DNA of 64,000 bases from Camelus dromedarius. Lineage: Eukaryota. Below, in pieces: positions 1 through 12,811 of the stretch (position 1 is the stretch's first letter; each line of letters opens with the position of its first letter). The stretch is taken from assembly GCF_036321535.1 (NCBI RefSeq), contig NC_087437.1, positions 6,634,001 to 6,698,000 of the forward strand, read 5' to 3'. A program made the position numbers and the translations under genes. The notes beneath the pieces are model-generated. The model did not search any database. It was not told where the DNA came from and saw only the letters and a program-made list of their open reading frames with translations.

Positions 1-1339
1 ACATAGCAGAGAGACAGGCTGAGAATCAAGACGGGGGAAAAGCTCACTTTTCTTGGAAGACATTTGGCTGGGGGTTGGGGAGAGGTGGAAAAGGTGAAGA
101 CAGGATTCAGGTGGGGGCAGGCAGGCTGGTGAGTGGAAACTCTTCTCTGAATATTTATATCCACTGCTGCTTCCTGGGGTATCTTGTCTGTGTACCCCGG
201 TCCTGCTGCTAGAGCAGTGTGCTTCTGGGTGGTTCTGTAAGCCTGAATAGGGATGGATCCCTTTCTTTGTCTGTAAATAGAGGGCTTGCTATACACCTGA
301 CACTTACAGACATTCATACATAAAGATGTATTTATATATGTTACATACGTACTTTCAAATCTGTTTACATATGTCTCATAGTATTATCATAAAGTTGGAA
401 ATTGTTATCCACACTTTACAGATGAGAACCAGAGACGGCAGAGGTCAATACACTGAGTGTCACACAGCTGTAGAGTGACAGTCGGGGTGGGAATGCAGCC
501 CCTGACCCCAAGTTGAATTGGGTGTCCCTTTCTTCCTAGGAGGGAATCCGGCCCCTTGAGGCTGGCTTAAGTCCTGCTGCAGCACTGGGTCTCTGCAGAG
601 TGGTACAGAAACTGTGTTCTCTGGGGGCGGGGGGTGGGAGTGGGAGGTGGGGAGGGTGTCCTACTCCCTGCCTCAGGGAGGATCCAGCATTTCTGGGCAG
701 CGCTCTGCTCTGGCAAAAGCCCAGCACCCAGCAGGCTGAGCCAGAGCCCTCCAGCCAGGTGCGTCCGGCCTGAGTCACCACGCCGGGCCAGGTGAGGCTC
801 TTAGATGGCACCTGCCTGTGGTTGGCAAGACTTCTGAGACGACTGCCTAATCCCAAATAATAATAATGACAACGATAGTGGCGATAATGGAGGGCTTTCT
901 GTGCACAAAGCGTGGTTCAACCCCCAAAGGTCCAGGAACTCCACAAAAGGTCCTGATAAGTATTATTATCTCTTGGGAAGGCAGCAGGTTTACCTGGTGG
1001 GCAAATTCTGTGTGGGGCGGTCAGGAGTCTGAGAGACCAGGAGAGCAGGGGAAAAGACAGGCAGACAGCTGCGTGTGGAGAGTCAGGGCTGGTTCAGGGA
1101 GAACTTTTCTCTCCTCTCTCTCTTTGGAGGTGAGTTAGCAGCAGCAAATGACAGAACACAAGCTCAGGGTTTAAGATAAAGAGGTGAGTCCTGCATAGGA
1201 GGCCCTTTGCGCTCGCTGCATGTGGGGTCTGCAGACCCCCGAGGGTCTCCGGGGCTGGCCGGTAACGCTAGTGAATGAAAATGGTGGAGCAGAAGGCAAA
1301 CATAGTTCAAGTAAAATGAGGTAAAGATGACAATGGCCA

Positions 1340-1445
1340 TGGCTGCTTGGCTTCGGAAGCGGGGACGATCAGGAGGGGCGGGCGTGTGGCACGCTGATGG
1401 CGCGCCGAAGGGAGAGCGCATGCGCCCACCGAAGGGGGCGTCTCT
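1340..1445. promoter_or_regulatory. CpG-rich promoter/enhancer-like patch with a GC box and an NRF1 palindrome
   Basis: GGGGCGGG at 1375-1382 and a perfect GCGCATGCGC at 1416-1425, within a local CpG cluster in otherwise CpG-poor DNA. Confidence 0.5.
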
Positions 1446-1464
1446 GCTCAGGTCCAACCAAAGC

Positions 1465-1575
1465 TTGCCCCCAGTTGCCAGCTTTTCCAATTTTGGAGAG
1501 AAGCTGGCCACCCAGATTTTCGTGAAAGGTATCTTGAATTTGAAATGTTGGCAACTAATTTGAACATTTTCAAAG
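1465..1575. mobile_element. hAT-Charlie DNA transposon fragment (MER102-like)
   Basis: ccagttgccagc...agagaagc...gattttcgtgaaa...aaatgttggcaactaattt resembles the recalled consensus. Confidence 0.5.
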
Positions 1576-2479
1576 GCTGTTGGCCTGCCTGGTTGGGGTC
1601 TCTCTTGGAAGATAACCCTTCGGTTAATTCACATTTTGGAGAAGCTGAGCCTCCTTAGACACATGGGGTTGGATGAAACAGAGCTGGCGGGCTGTGCACC
1701 CCCGACCCCAGCTGGCGTCCCCAAGGTTGTAAAGGAAGCCAGTGGAAAGGAGGGGTGCATCCCCAGCTCAGTTGGAGTGGGGCTGGATCGGGCTGCCCAG
1801 GGGTGGTCAGGTGAGAAACAAACCTTTCGGCAGGAGGGCTGCTGAGATCCAGCAGGGTGACTGGAGAGAAAAGGCCACTGGGACAAGAGATTGTCTTTTA
1901 GCTTCCCCTTCCCTTTCTTTCTCTCCACTGCCCTTCCTTCCTCCCTCCCTTCTACAAATTCACCGCCCACTCACCTTGTGTCAGGAGCTTTCCTAGGCTA
2001 TGGAAATACAATTGATGCCCCCAAATTATGCTTTTGACTTTTTGTTTTACCAGATCGTGTGAAAACAGCTATACAGATGTTTACCAAATTTGGGTTTAGG
2101 TCCTACAAGCCTGGACATGGTAGAAGATGGCCGGATAAACTGTTCTATGAGGGAATCACCTCAGCCAGACACAGCCACCCTCCAAAGCAGCAGAAACCAG
2201 AGACTAACAAGATGCTCGGTGGTTGTTAGTGACAGGAGACCCAGCAGAAGCCTGAGACGTCGTGGGCAAGGACTGCAGACGGTAGACTCAAATCCAATAC
2301 TTGAATTGAAAGTCCCAATGGAAACATCTGTTTCTGACAAGATCAAGTCTACGTAGACGCTGCTGGGTGAGTCCCGGCAGCAGGTGCTCACTGAATGATG
2401 CTGACTCCTAGAGATATGGTGGAGTTTCTGGAGGGGTGAGTGGCTCAACCCTGCTTCTCAGACTCCCCTCCCAGTGCAG

Positions 2480-2915
2480 ACCGGGGACCTGCAGTGTCAG
2501 TGCCGCCTGGGAGCATGGTAGAAATGCAGACTTGGCTGTACCACGAATCTACTGTATTTTAGCCATAGTTTTACATGTGCAGTTGGAGTTTGAGAAGCAC
2601 TGCTCTAAAGCAGGAGTTCTTAGTCCTGGACTCGTCTGGGGAACTAAAAAAAATACAAATGCTTAGCCTACCACATCCCCACCCCTCCTCCACCCGCATC
2701 AAGAGGCTCTGATTTAATGCATCTGCAGTGGGGTCTGGGCAGTAGAAAATTTTGAGTCCTTCCCCCAGTGTTTCGGATATGCGGCCTGATTTGAGAACTG
2801 CTGCTCATTGGAAATGCAGATTCTTGGGCCCTCACTCAGACCTAATGAATCAGAGCCTGGGTTCTCACAAGCCCTGTAGGTGGGATTCTGAGTCATCCCT
2901 CAGTCTGAGGACCAC
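2480..2915. mobile_element. Cluster of MER5-type hAT-Charlie MITEs
   Basis: Repeated motifs agaaatgcaga, tttgagaagcactg and tttgagaactgctg, and gattctgagtcatccctcagtctgaggaccac. Confidence 0.65.
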
Positions 2916-3039
2916 ACTCTGTGGTGGAGACAAACAGGAAGAACAGGTCTGTGTGCGTCCACTAGGCAAAGGGATGAGGGCCCAGCCCGGGACAAGCTCG
3001 TGTCCTCCTGTGGAGGACAGCCAGCCTGTGCAGAAGAGG

Positions 3040-3440
3040 ACAGAAAGGCCTTCTGTAGGAGGTGACATCTTGAGGGAGAGTGAGACCCAACCAGGCTGAG
3101 AGACGGGAAAGAGAGAACATTCCAGCCAAAGGAACAGCAGGTGCCAGGGCCCTGAGGCGAGGGAGCACACAGCTCATTCGAGCTCCTGAGAACGGTTTGG
3201 TTTGGCTGGAGGAGGGGGTGCTGAGGGGTGAAGCTAAAGCTCTAAGCAGGAGACAGATAATGAAGGACCCTGTGTGTTGGTCTGGGGAGATTTCTCTCTA
3301 CGCCCTGGTGGGGTCTTGGTGGGAGAGGAGAGCCCTTCGGTTGCCACGTGGAGAGAGGTTTTAGGGAAGGAAGGGGCACTAGTGGAGTCAGGGGCACCAG
3401 GTTAGAAGATGGTCACAGTGGTTCAGACAAAGGATGCGGA
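3040..3440 (-). mobile_element. L2 LINE fragment
   Basis: ggaggtgacatcttgag...cattccagccaaaggaacagc...tggctggag...ggcaccaggttagaag pattern typical of reverse L2. Confidence 0.55.
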
Positions 3441-4024
3441 TATGATCAACCAGCGAGTTTTTACTAAGAAACTACTATACTCATAATTGTATGGGACACA
3501 GTAGACAACTTTTGACCTCAAGGATTCTTTGCCGGATTGTTCAAGACAGATGGAGATTCAATCAGTTGATTCAACATAGCTTATAAGTACTCGTGAACCT
3601 GGCACTACGGAGTGGCAGTGTCTCAAGGGGCAGGGATGTGTAATGACCAATGAGGTGTGACTGCTACCCTCAAGGAGCTTATAGCCTCCTGGAGGAGACA
3701 GATGTGCTCAGATCCCACATACGGCGTAGAGGACAGATACCATCATGGCATGTAAATGAAGTGGCCGGCACGGTCCATGCCCTCTCACTGTCGTGGGCAC
3801 CAGGCCCCTGACTTATCCAGCCTCACCCCCGATGCCTAGCTCCCCTGGGCCAGTCACAGCCTTGGGTGGCAGTATTACTTTCACTCCCACTTCGTAAGTC
3901 AGAACACTGAGGTGCAGAGAAGTTATGTTGTTTGCTCTGGATCACAGGACTGGCGAAGGAGCAGAGATGAGATCTGTGACTCCAGGCCCTCTGGCCTCGT
4001 CATCCCACTCTGATGATTATAATG

Positions 4025-4475
4025 ATGTTTCCCAAACTTCAGTCGTCCTTTCTAATTTTTATCACCATTGTGCAAGCCTGCACTTTTATTTACTCTCTAT
4101 TTTACGTTAAACGGACTTGTTTTTTCACGTTAAATAATTTATTGTAAAAAGAAGGTCATATGAATATAATGAATAGAAAGCATCACTCACCACAAACAGG
4201 AAATAAGTGTAAAATTCAGTATCACAGACACAAACCAATGGTATTAAAAACCTGGTTGCGTGGAGTAGACTGGCCAAGGCTCTGAGCCTGAGGTTTCCCC
4301 TCTCTTTGTGAAAAAGGGAAATGTGAAAATCTTAAGAGGTGTTAAAGATGTGGTAGCACCAGCATGACACTTAGCTTTGATTCATCACAAGGCTCTAAAA
4401 ATAATTGAGCCTTTGGGGAATTGCATTCTCGCTATGAGATTTCATCTTATTTAATGGTACCCATGTGCCACACAT
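4025..4475. mobile_element. hAT-Charlie-like DNA transposon relic
   Basis: Starts gtttcccaaactt, ends ggtacccatgtgccacac, with an AT-rich interior. Confidence 0.4.
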
Positions 4476-5859
4476 CATCCGTGGGGCAGACACTCTGAAG
4501 TGTCCCATTCTCCTCTTTTTGCTTTAACAAGACCCACCCCTCCTGCCCTGCCACTACCCCTACTCCACGGGGTCATCAGGGCCCTCCTTTGAGGAGGGCA
4601 GAGCGGGCTGAACCTTTGGGACAGTATTGTAGGTTACAGAGGCAGGTGCCGGGGTTTCAGTCTTGAGGAATATGACTGATAAACAGTGATGGTCCTCATA
4701 TGGTAACTGGCAAAGGTTAGATCTTGCTTTGCCCTCAGCACCTGCTTTTGCTTTTTCTTTTTTTCCTCCTTTATGGGGCCACTTCAGCTTAGATCTTATA
4801 TTTCTGTCTCTCAGTATTCATGAACCCTCCTTCATTTGTTAATGAGATTTAATGATATTTTTATATCATTGTCCAACATGATAACTTTTAGGATGTAGAG
4901 AGAAAGAAAGAGGCTTTGGAGATGCCTCAAAATCGGGGAGCCTGGGGGCTTGAGACCATGGAGTGGAAGCTGGGTGAGAGGGGAGGATATCAACTTGGTT
5001 TGCCTGTCCACAGGGACATCTGCATACTGGAGCCCTGGCCGTTCATGTGGGAGGATGGAAGGATGAGGCTGGAGAGCGGTCCTGAGGCAGGATTTAGAGC
5101 AAAGCCTGGGTGCAAATTCCCAGCCTAAATGAGAGCCTGGTGGGGCATCCACGCTGGTGATTTGGAGCCCTCATCAGTGGGGATTCCTAGCCCTTTGAGA
5201 GTGAGTCTCCAGCCTGACTGCTCTCCGTGTCTTGAGAATGTCCAAGAGCGGGGACTCGCCTTAGGAAAGCTACCCTCCCGAGTGATGTATCTGTTGACCC
5301 AGCTCGATATACATCTAATTTGTACATCAGCTGGGACACTGCTTTTATATGAGTCAAACGATTTATATGTTAACGACTCCACTTTAATTATCATGATTAT
5401 CATGATTTATCATACACTTTTTAGCATCCTGGTAAAAGAAACCCTTTCAAAATTCAGGAGATTATCACCTGAGTCTGCTTTGCAAGTGATTTATTTTTGT
5501 CAATATTCCAGTGAGAGGGGAACATTTTGTTCATGTGACACACACCCGGGATTTACAAAGAGCAGAAGACCCTCCCCCCAATCAAACCTGACTGCAAGTG
5601 AAAACATATCTAAACACATGCAACTCCATGGGAAAGATTAAAGGAACAACAACAACAAAAAAATGACTGTAAGACCAAGTCTTGAACGTCTCTGAATTTT
5701 AAAGTAGTGGTTTGCTGTGAGGTCTACTGTTCAAAAGTTGGGTTTGAACAACATAAAAAGACATCTACAAACTTTGAAAAACCAGTTTCCAAGATCTCAT
5801 TTAAAAATTAGAAGACAGAAAACCTGATTTCTTTCTAAAATACCTTTCTAGAAAATATT

Positions 5860-6410
5860 TATTTATTTAATTATACCAGGTACTAGAAATACTGTAATGT
5901 AATTACGGCTCTCAGGAAATTTATAATTTCCCGAGGGAAACAGACATACAAATGATGATAAAACTAGTCTCCACGTGGAAAAGTGACAGGTGAGCCCAGG
6001 GGCTGGACCATTCATTTTATATCGGCTGGCAGAGGAAAGGGCTACAGTGGCATTTGAGTTAGGTCTTGATGAGTGCATAGGGCTTTGCACCCAAGGAGTG
6101 GGGAAAGGCGACTGGGGGCAGAGGGAACAGTGGGAGCAAAGACAGAGAGATGAGAATGTGCAGAATGTGCTTGGCAGAATGGGTGTGACGGCGGGGGCGT
6201 CGTGCCTATTTGATGGAAAACAATGGAGGACGGGGTGGAAGGTTCAGTCAGAGCCCGATTGTGAGGGTCTCCGAATGGTGCTTAGAGTTCATCAAATTAG
6301 TTGTGGGCAGCCATCAGGGATGCTTAAGCAGGACGGTGACCATGATGATTTTGATTTAAAGCTAGGCTAAGAGATCGGGCAAGAGGCTTTTTTTGTGCTG
6401 GCCCAGGTAT
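5860..6410 (-). mobile_element. L2 LINE fragment
   Basis: Degenerate reverse-L2 signature (atttgagttaggtcttga...gggcagagggaacag...tgggcagccatcaggga...taagcagg). Confidence 0.5.
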
Positions 6411-6434
6411 TCATGTAGCTTACACCATTTCTGT

Positions 6435-6435
<1 letters not shown>

Positions 6436-6465
<30 letters not shown>

Positions 6466-6473
6466 TTTTTTTT
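6436..6473. repeat. (CT)n(T)n microsatellite
   Basis: Seen directly. Confidence 0.9.
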
Positions 6474-7564
6474 CAAATATAGTAAAATAAAGGATCTTTA
6501 TTTTGGAGAGACTGAGTGTATCTGCCACACAAACCATTCAGGATGTTTCAGTGAATGGCGTGCTCTAACATGGCTGCCTTCATTTTGGATGTCCAGTTCT
6601 TATTTTTGTGTGTGTATGTGGGGCATCCTGAGGTGGGAAGAAGGGAAAGAGAAAGGGGGACGAAAAACACTTTCCTTGTTCCTCTGAGAAGACAGGTTTT
6701 TTCCTTTTTGCGAGGCTCTTCAGATAAAATTAAGCGGTTACAAGTTTCTAATTGAATTGGGCTGGACTGGAGTAGGAGACTTCTCTTAGTACAATTAGGT
6801 GGAGTAATCTGTGTCTCCAATTACACCATGCCTCCTTCCAAGAGGAAGGCTGATTCGCAAGCACGCTTGGAAAGAAGTGCGGCTGCTTTTATTAAAGAGG
6901 GGTGAGAGATACCTACCATACACGCAGATGACACCCAGTGCCTTTCTGCCCTGGGGAATGGAGGGAAGACAGACGAACCAATAGATAGACCAATTGATGG
7001 GAAAATTTCACTGTAAAATATAAGACTATGGTGATCGCTGCTTTCTGAGACATGACTTTAGCTGGCAGCGGGGGTGAATGGCACTGAAGGTGGAAGATGA
7101 GCTGTCCTAACACCACCAGTGTCATCAGAAGAGCCACAGCCCAATGGAAGCTCAGTTTTCTTTCAAGGTGACCAGGTGAGCCAAGTGTGGAACCTTCTTG
7201 TTCAGTCCTTCCTGACCCATCCTCCACCCCAACCCACGCAGAATACCTTCCCCTCTGCATCAGACGTCAGAACTCAGAACCATAGTCTGTAGTTTTTAGT
7301 CTCGAACTTTCCATTTTCAGATCTGATTTTGGACAAGTCATGAGCGAAACAAAATTGTAAGGCTTTTCCTTCTCTTCATTTTTTTCCTCTTTTCAGTTTT
7401 TTTTTTTTTCCCCCAGAATCTGTCTTTTTATGTAAGTTTCCCAGAGAGGTGCACTGACACTGGGAAACACTCCGTTTCGTCTTACTCAATTGTCGGTTAA
7501 AAAAAAAAAAAGATCTGTAGCTGATTAAAGAACCGAGAGTCTTACCCTTTGAGTCCTTTGAGTG

Positions 7565-7617
7565 GGTAATTCTTTTAACCAGGTAATTCTTCTAAGCGGG
7601 TAATTCCTTTAAGCAGG
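7565..7617. repeat. Three copies of a 17-bp tandem unit
   Basis: ggtaattcttttaacca / ggtaattcttctaagcg / ggtaattcctttaagca. Confidence 0.85.
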
Positions 7618-8696
7618 ACCCTTCACAGCCCTGTAAAACTGAAGACCATCTAGGAACTCTTGAACTGTTTCAAATTGTTTTCAAATGGGCCTGGATGCTG
7701 TTGAGAAATGCATAATTTACGACCTTAACACTTGATTAGGTGTTAAATGACTGTCAGGAGAGATGTCCCTGGTAATCCAGTTATCATCCAGACTCTCATT
7801 ATCACTTCACAGGAGAAGGAAGGCTGGGTAATTGAGAACCCAAATTCTTAAAGGGCTTGAAGTGGCCATTTTCTTATGCAGTTAAACAAATTATTTCCCT
7901 ACCTAGAAGGTGTTTAGTTGGTACCAGTTGATGAGAAGGAGGAAACGGCGCTATGACTTTCAGGAGTGAGTGAGTCAGGGGGCTCTGGCCGAGGCGACAG
8001 AAAGTGGCATTGTGTACCGAGAGGGCTCTCCCCTTTGAAAATTTCACTTTATTTAAAATATGTGTTAGCAGAGGGAGAGACAAGAAAGCTGGAGACAGCC
8101 AAGAAAAGACAGAATGTAATTAAGACCTGATGGCCGTACCTCTCCCCTGTCTGTCATTGCTAAGGCTTTTTCTCAGATGAGACCCCCGTTTCACCTTGTG
8201 TTAGTTCCCACTGATCACGATAAATTATTTAAGCCACAAATGCTGTGCCATCCATTAAACCAGGAATGGGGATCATGGGCCAAAATCTGCTTGAGAGAAG
8301 GGTCCCCCTCTCCTGAATTCAGCAGGAAATATGAGTAAGGAGTAGCAGGTAAAGAGAAGCCCTTCTGCGTCATTTTCTTTGACCAGCCCTCTCCCTCCCC
8401 CACACCCTGCATCTTCTACAGAGCCCTTCTGTGCATAAGTGTCCACGCTAAGTGCTCTGGATACAAAAATGGGAATGTAAGACTTGACCATGGTCTTCAG
8501 CAGTATCCGCTCTAGAAAGACACGGACGGTGTTGGGGTTTAAAGGAGGCTGAGAATCAACGCCTCTTTCTTCTCCTTTCAAATGTGGGGTAAATTGATAG
8601 ATGCATTCTGGAGGGTAGGAAATCAGATTGCCTTGATTCCTGATAAAGTTGATTGGAGAACATGGGTTAGATCTGTGGCCAAGTGGGTTTGCCTGT

Positions 8697-9137
8697 TGTG
8701 GACAAAGAGTGTTGCCTGCCATATCAGCAAACAAAGGATGTTGTGGCCATCAAGCCATCAGGCACTGCAGCTGCCCCCCATGGTATCCCTTGAGGGGACT
8801 CACGATGGAAAAGATGGCCCTAGATAGTTGAGGTGCACATCAAAGGAATAATTTCATTAAGCCCAGACTCTTGCATCTTCCCCATACATAGAAAAGTGCT
8901 AAATATGTTATCTTGGGATGTTTATTTTTTCTTCAGTTGACAGTAATCTTTTCATGTTCTGACAACCTGGTTTTGTGGCAAAAACTCCTATGTATCCTGG
9001 CTCCTTCCTTACTTCTTTGGAGCAGCCTCTCAGGGGTCTCTGAAGGGCTGTTTCCCCGGCTTAAGTCCTCAGTACACCCGCCGAATAAAACCTAATTCTC
9101 AACTTTCAGGAGGTGCATTTCTTTTTTCCAGTTGACA
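8697..9137 (+). mobile_element. ERV1-class solo LTR
   Basis: TG...CA termini (tgtggac...gttgaca), 4-bp target-site duplication (TSD) ctgt/ctat, AATAAA at 9084-9089, length ~440 bp. Confidence 0.75.
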
Positions 9138-9779
9138 CTATTCCCCAGTGAAATCAGCACTTACCTCTGGTCGTTGGTGCGACTGGTCAGCTGCAGGTGT
9201 CCCCATGATGGAGGGCATGGAAGGCAGTCCCCAGGGCAGAGAGCAGTTCAGAATGCCTGTGTCTTTTGGCCAGGCTGGCTCCAAAAAGGGCCTGCCCCTA
9301 GCTGTGTCACAGCTGCCATGAGAGGCGTGAGCTGGAGGCAGAGCCCAGAGAGTCACTCCAGCTCATGTCCTTCCTTTTAAGTGGAAAAATGAGGCTCCTT
9401 TAACATAGAAGCCTTGAGAGGGATGTTAAGTGGAGACTAAGCTATACGTGATAAGTTCCATGCTTAACTCACTGCTTTAATGGGGTTGAGGTTAGAGGTG
9501 CAATTCTGTGCAATGTTCTGAAAACTAAAACAGGCCACATCCTGAAGAACTCAGAGAAGTAAAAATACACAGAACCACTTCAATCCAGAGTCACCATCCT
9601 ATTACGCCTGGGATGCAGATAATATGTCATCCATCCCTGATGGGTAGGTGGCATTCTGGCACAGCACGTCTGCTGTGCAGGAAGTGATGGCTGAATTTAA
9701 GTCTGTGTTTTCCAGGTTCTCCTGACCTTGCATATTTTTTTCTTGACAGCATCTGTTTGGATTTTTTTTTTTTTTGCCT

Positions 9780-10340
9780 GAATACAAATGCAATACATGT
9801 TTATCACAGCATATTTAGAAAATATACAAAAATATAAAGAAGAAAATAAAAGTCAACTTTATCCCACCATTCAAAGATATCATTGCTACCATTCAGGTTT
9901 GTTTTTTTTTTTAATTCTATGTAAAGGTCATGACTGGTAGCTAAACTTATTGTGGAATCATTTTGCAATATATACATATATCAAGTCGTTATATTGTACA
10001 CCTTAAACATACACAATGCTGTATGTCATTTATATATGTGTGTATATATATGAATAAAACTGGAAAAAAATAAGGTAAAGTTCCATATGTATGTACATAC
10101 ATAGTATTTCCCCACAAAATTCCTCTTATACTATGTATGGAGTTTGACATTCCGATTTCCCCTTATTATATCCTTAATCATTTCTCATGTTATCAAGTAG
10201 ACTTAAAAATGTGATTTTATTGATCATATTGGATCTTGTTTAACCTACTGCTTCCTCTTGGGTATCTAGGTTATTTCCAACTTTCTTTTCCACAAAGACC
10301 TTTCTTATATGTATTTCTGTGCTTCACTGAGTGTTCCTCG
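9780..10340. mobile_element. Old L1 3' fragments (a + strand 3' end at ~9935-10070 within reverse L1M-like pieces)
   Basis: tattgtacaccttaaacatacacaatgctgtatgtca...aataaaactggaaaaaaa is an L1 3' terminus. The flanks resemble reverse L1ME. Confidence 0.6.
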
Positions 10341-10376
10341 CAGTAGAGTTGTCAGGAGGGTTTGAACACCTTAAAG

Positions 10377-10568
10377 CAGTGCTGTGCTGGTAAATGCTTA
10401 ATAACTGGCTTGCAGGAGGGGGAAAAAAGTCTTGATTTGCAGTATTTGCCCATTTCTGTGGTATAAATACTCCCACCAGAGTTGATTTCAAGCTACCAAT
10501 GGTTTAACACCGCCCTTAAAATGTTTTTGAAAATTAACAATTGCTTCTCGTGAACCAACACACCACCG
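10377..10568 (-). mobile_element. MER63-type hAT-Blackjack element
   Basis: Terminal cagtgctgtgctggtaaatgcttaataactggct and internal tgtggtataaatactcccacc...tttcaagctaccaa. Confidence 0.7.
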
Positions 10569-11212
10569 CAAGGCTTCAAATACGTATTTTGCTGCTTCTC
10601 CCCAGAAAGGCTATGCCTAATGACATTCCTGCCAGCAGCACGTGAGATGGTCTGCTTGGATCCCGGGGGGCCAGCAGCTGAACTCCGAGTTCTCTCACTG
10701 TGAGGGATCCAGTGCTACCCCAGAGGACACGTAGGAAAAATAACTTTTCCCCTAAAGAATGATTCCACACATATAAACGCTGTAAAAGGGGGAAAACTAA
10801 ACTCAGAATTTGTTTTAGATTTTATGTAAGACCAAGTCCAAATATTTGCTAACCAAAATAGTCTCCCTGTCACTTCTCTACCCTTCATATTGATGCAATG
10901 CTATTAAATATGGCATTTAATCATCTTGTATATGCAGAGAAATATGGCATCATGGAATAAAAAGGGACTTGGTAATATCACTGGAGTGTGGTAATTCTCA
11001 AAGCGCTGTAGCCTTGGCCCAGCCACTAACTAACTCTGTGGCCTTAAGTAGACCCCCCTGCATTTTCTGTTGATCCCCTGTATCAGAACCAGAGTGAGGC
11101 TCAAAGTGCAGACCTAGTTCTGCCACTCCTCCGTTCAGTACCTTCTTTGGACAAGTACCTTTTATTGGCATTAGGATAAAATATCAAAGTGTTAATATGA
11201 TTTTCAATGAAT

Positions 11213-11757
11213 TGTAGCAGACAAACTCTAACCTTCATGAACTCTGCCCTCCGTTATCAATGCTCTTGTGTCATCCCCTCCCCCTGAGTATGAGTGGACC
11301 TATGACTTGTTTTCACTCAGTAGAACATGGTGAAGGTGATGAGATGTCACTCCAGTATTTGTTATGTTATTTAAGACTCCATCTCCCTGGAATCATTCTT
11401 GTCCCCCTGCTGGCTTTGCAGAAATAAACAGCCACATTGTGAACATCTCTGGAAAGGCTCACATGTCAGAAGTGCAGGAAGCCTGTAAGAATGGAGGGCC
11501 TCAGTCCTACAACCACAAGGAACTGAATTCTGCCAACAGCCTAAATGAGCCTGGGAGGAGAACTTTCCCCAGTCAAACCTCCAGATGAGAATGCAGGCTG
11601 GCCACCACCTTGATTATAGCCTGGTGAGACCCTGAAGCAGAGAACCAGTTCGGCAGGCCTGGACTTCTGACCTACAGGAAGGTGAGGTAATTAATGGCTT
11701 TATTCTAAGATGCTAAGTTTGTGGGATTTATTGCATGACAATGCAAAACTGGTTACA
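11213..11757 (+). mobile_element. MaLR LTR (MLT1D/E/F-like)
   Basis: ctcagtcctacaaccacaaggaactgaattctgccaacagcct...ccagatgagaatgcag...; TG...CA ends. Confidence 0.8.
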
Positions 11758-12141
11758 AAGTCTTCCATGATATGCTGACTTCTCACTTCTTCTAGACAAA
11801 AACTAGTGTTCTCCACCTGTCCCTCCAGACCCATTCTTCATGCTCTTTCTTCTTTCTCTGGGACCCTGGAGGCTAATATCTAGGGATGGCATCTACTGAG
11901 CTTCCTTGACCTCTGGCTTTTGATTGGCACTGGAATAAGGCTGGGAAGTGGGAGACAGGGTGAGAAAATGAAGCATGGCTCCATCCCCACCAGGACTGAA
12001 TGACAGCAGGGTCATCATCTAAGATGAGTTTGCTAGACTTGAAGTGGCCTTGTTCCAGAGGGATCTCCTTGGACTTATGACACTCAGAAGGGGATGGGAG
12101 CCATCGGAAGTTCGAGCAGATGTGTGACAGGGACAAACTTA

Positions 12142-12811
12142 CATTTTATTTACTTATTGAAGTATTTTTGATTTACAGTGTTGTGTTAGTTTCTAGTGTA
12201 CAGCATAATGATTCAGTTATATATTTATAAACATATATATATTCTTTTTTGTGTTCTTTTTCATTATAGTTTATTACATGCTATTGAAAATAGTTCCCTG
12301 TGCTATACAGTAGGACCTTGTTGTTTATCTATTTTGTATATAGTAGTTTGTATCTGTTAATCCCAAACTCCCATTTTATCCCTCTTCCCTCACTTCGCCC
12401 TTTGGTAACCATGGGTTTGTTTTCTATGTCTGTGAATTTGTCTCTGTTTTGTAAATAAGTTCATCTCTGTCATTTTTTTATATTTCACATATAAGTGATA
12501 ACGTATGGTATTTGTCTTTCTCTGTCTGACTTACTTCCCTCATGATATGATAATCTCCAGGTCCATCCATGTTGCTGCAAATGGCATTATTTTATTCTTT
12601 TTTATGGCTGAGTATTATTCCACCACATAAATAGACCATAGCTTCTTTATCCAATCATCTGTTGATGGACATTTAGGTTGCTTCCATGTCTTGGCTATTG
12701 TAAATAATGCTGCTATGAACATCGGGGTACATGTATCTTTTCGAATTATAGTCCCCTCTGGATGTATGCCCAGGAGTGGGATTGCTGGATCATAGTGACT
12801 CTAATTTTAGA
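12142..12811 (-). mobile_element. L1 3' end (ORF2 C-terminus and 3'UTR), 5'-truncated, inserted into an L2 relic
   Basis: Canonical ccaggtccatccatgttgctgcaaatggcattatt and ...gggattgctggatca. Candidate TSD aaactta at 12135-12141 and 12812-12818. Confidence 0.9.

Noticed and set aside
5129..5641. 170-aa ORF with a possible transmembrane segment
   Set aside because: The hydrophobic part arises from an attatcatg tandem repeat. No homology was recognised and no exon structure is evident.
7565..7617. CRISPR-like or other prokaryotic-type array
   Set aside because: The units are contiguous with no spacers, and the DNA is mammalian.
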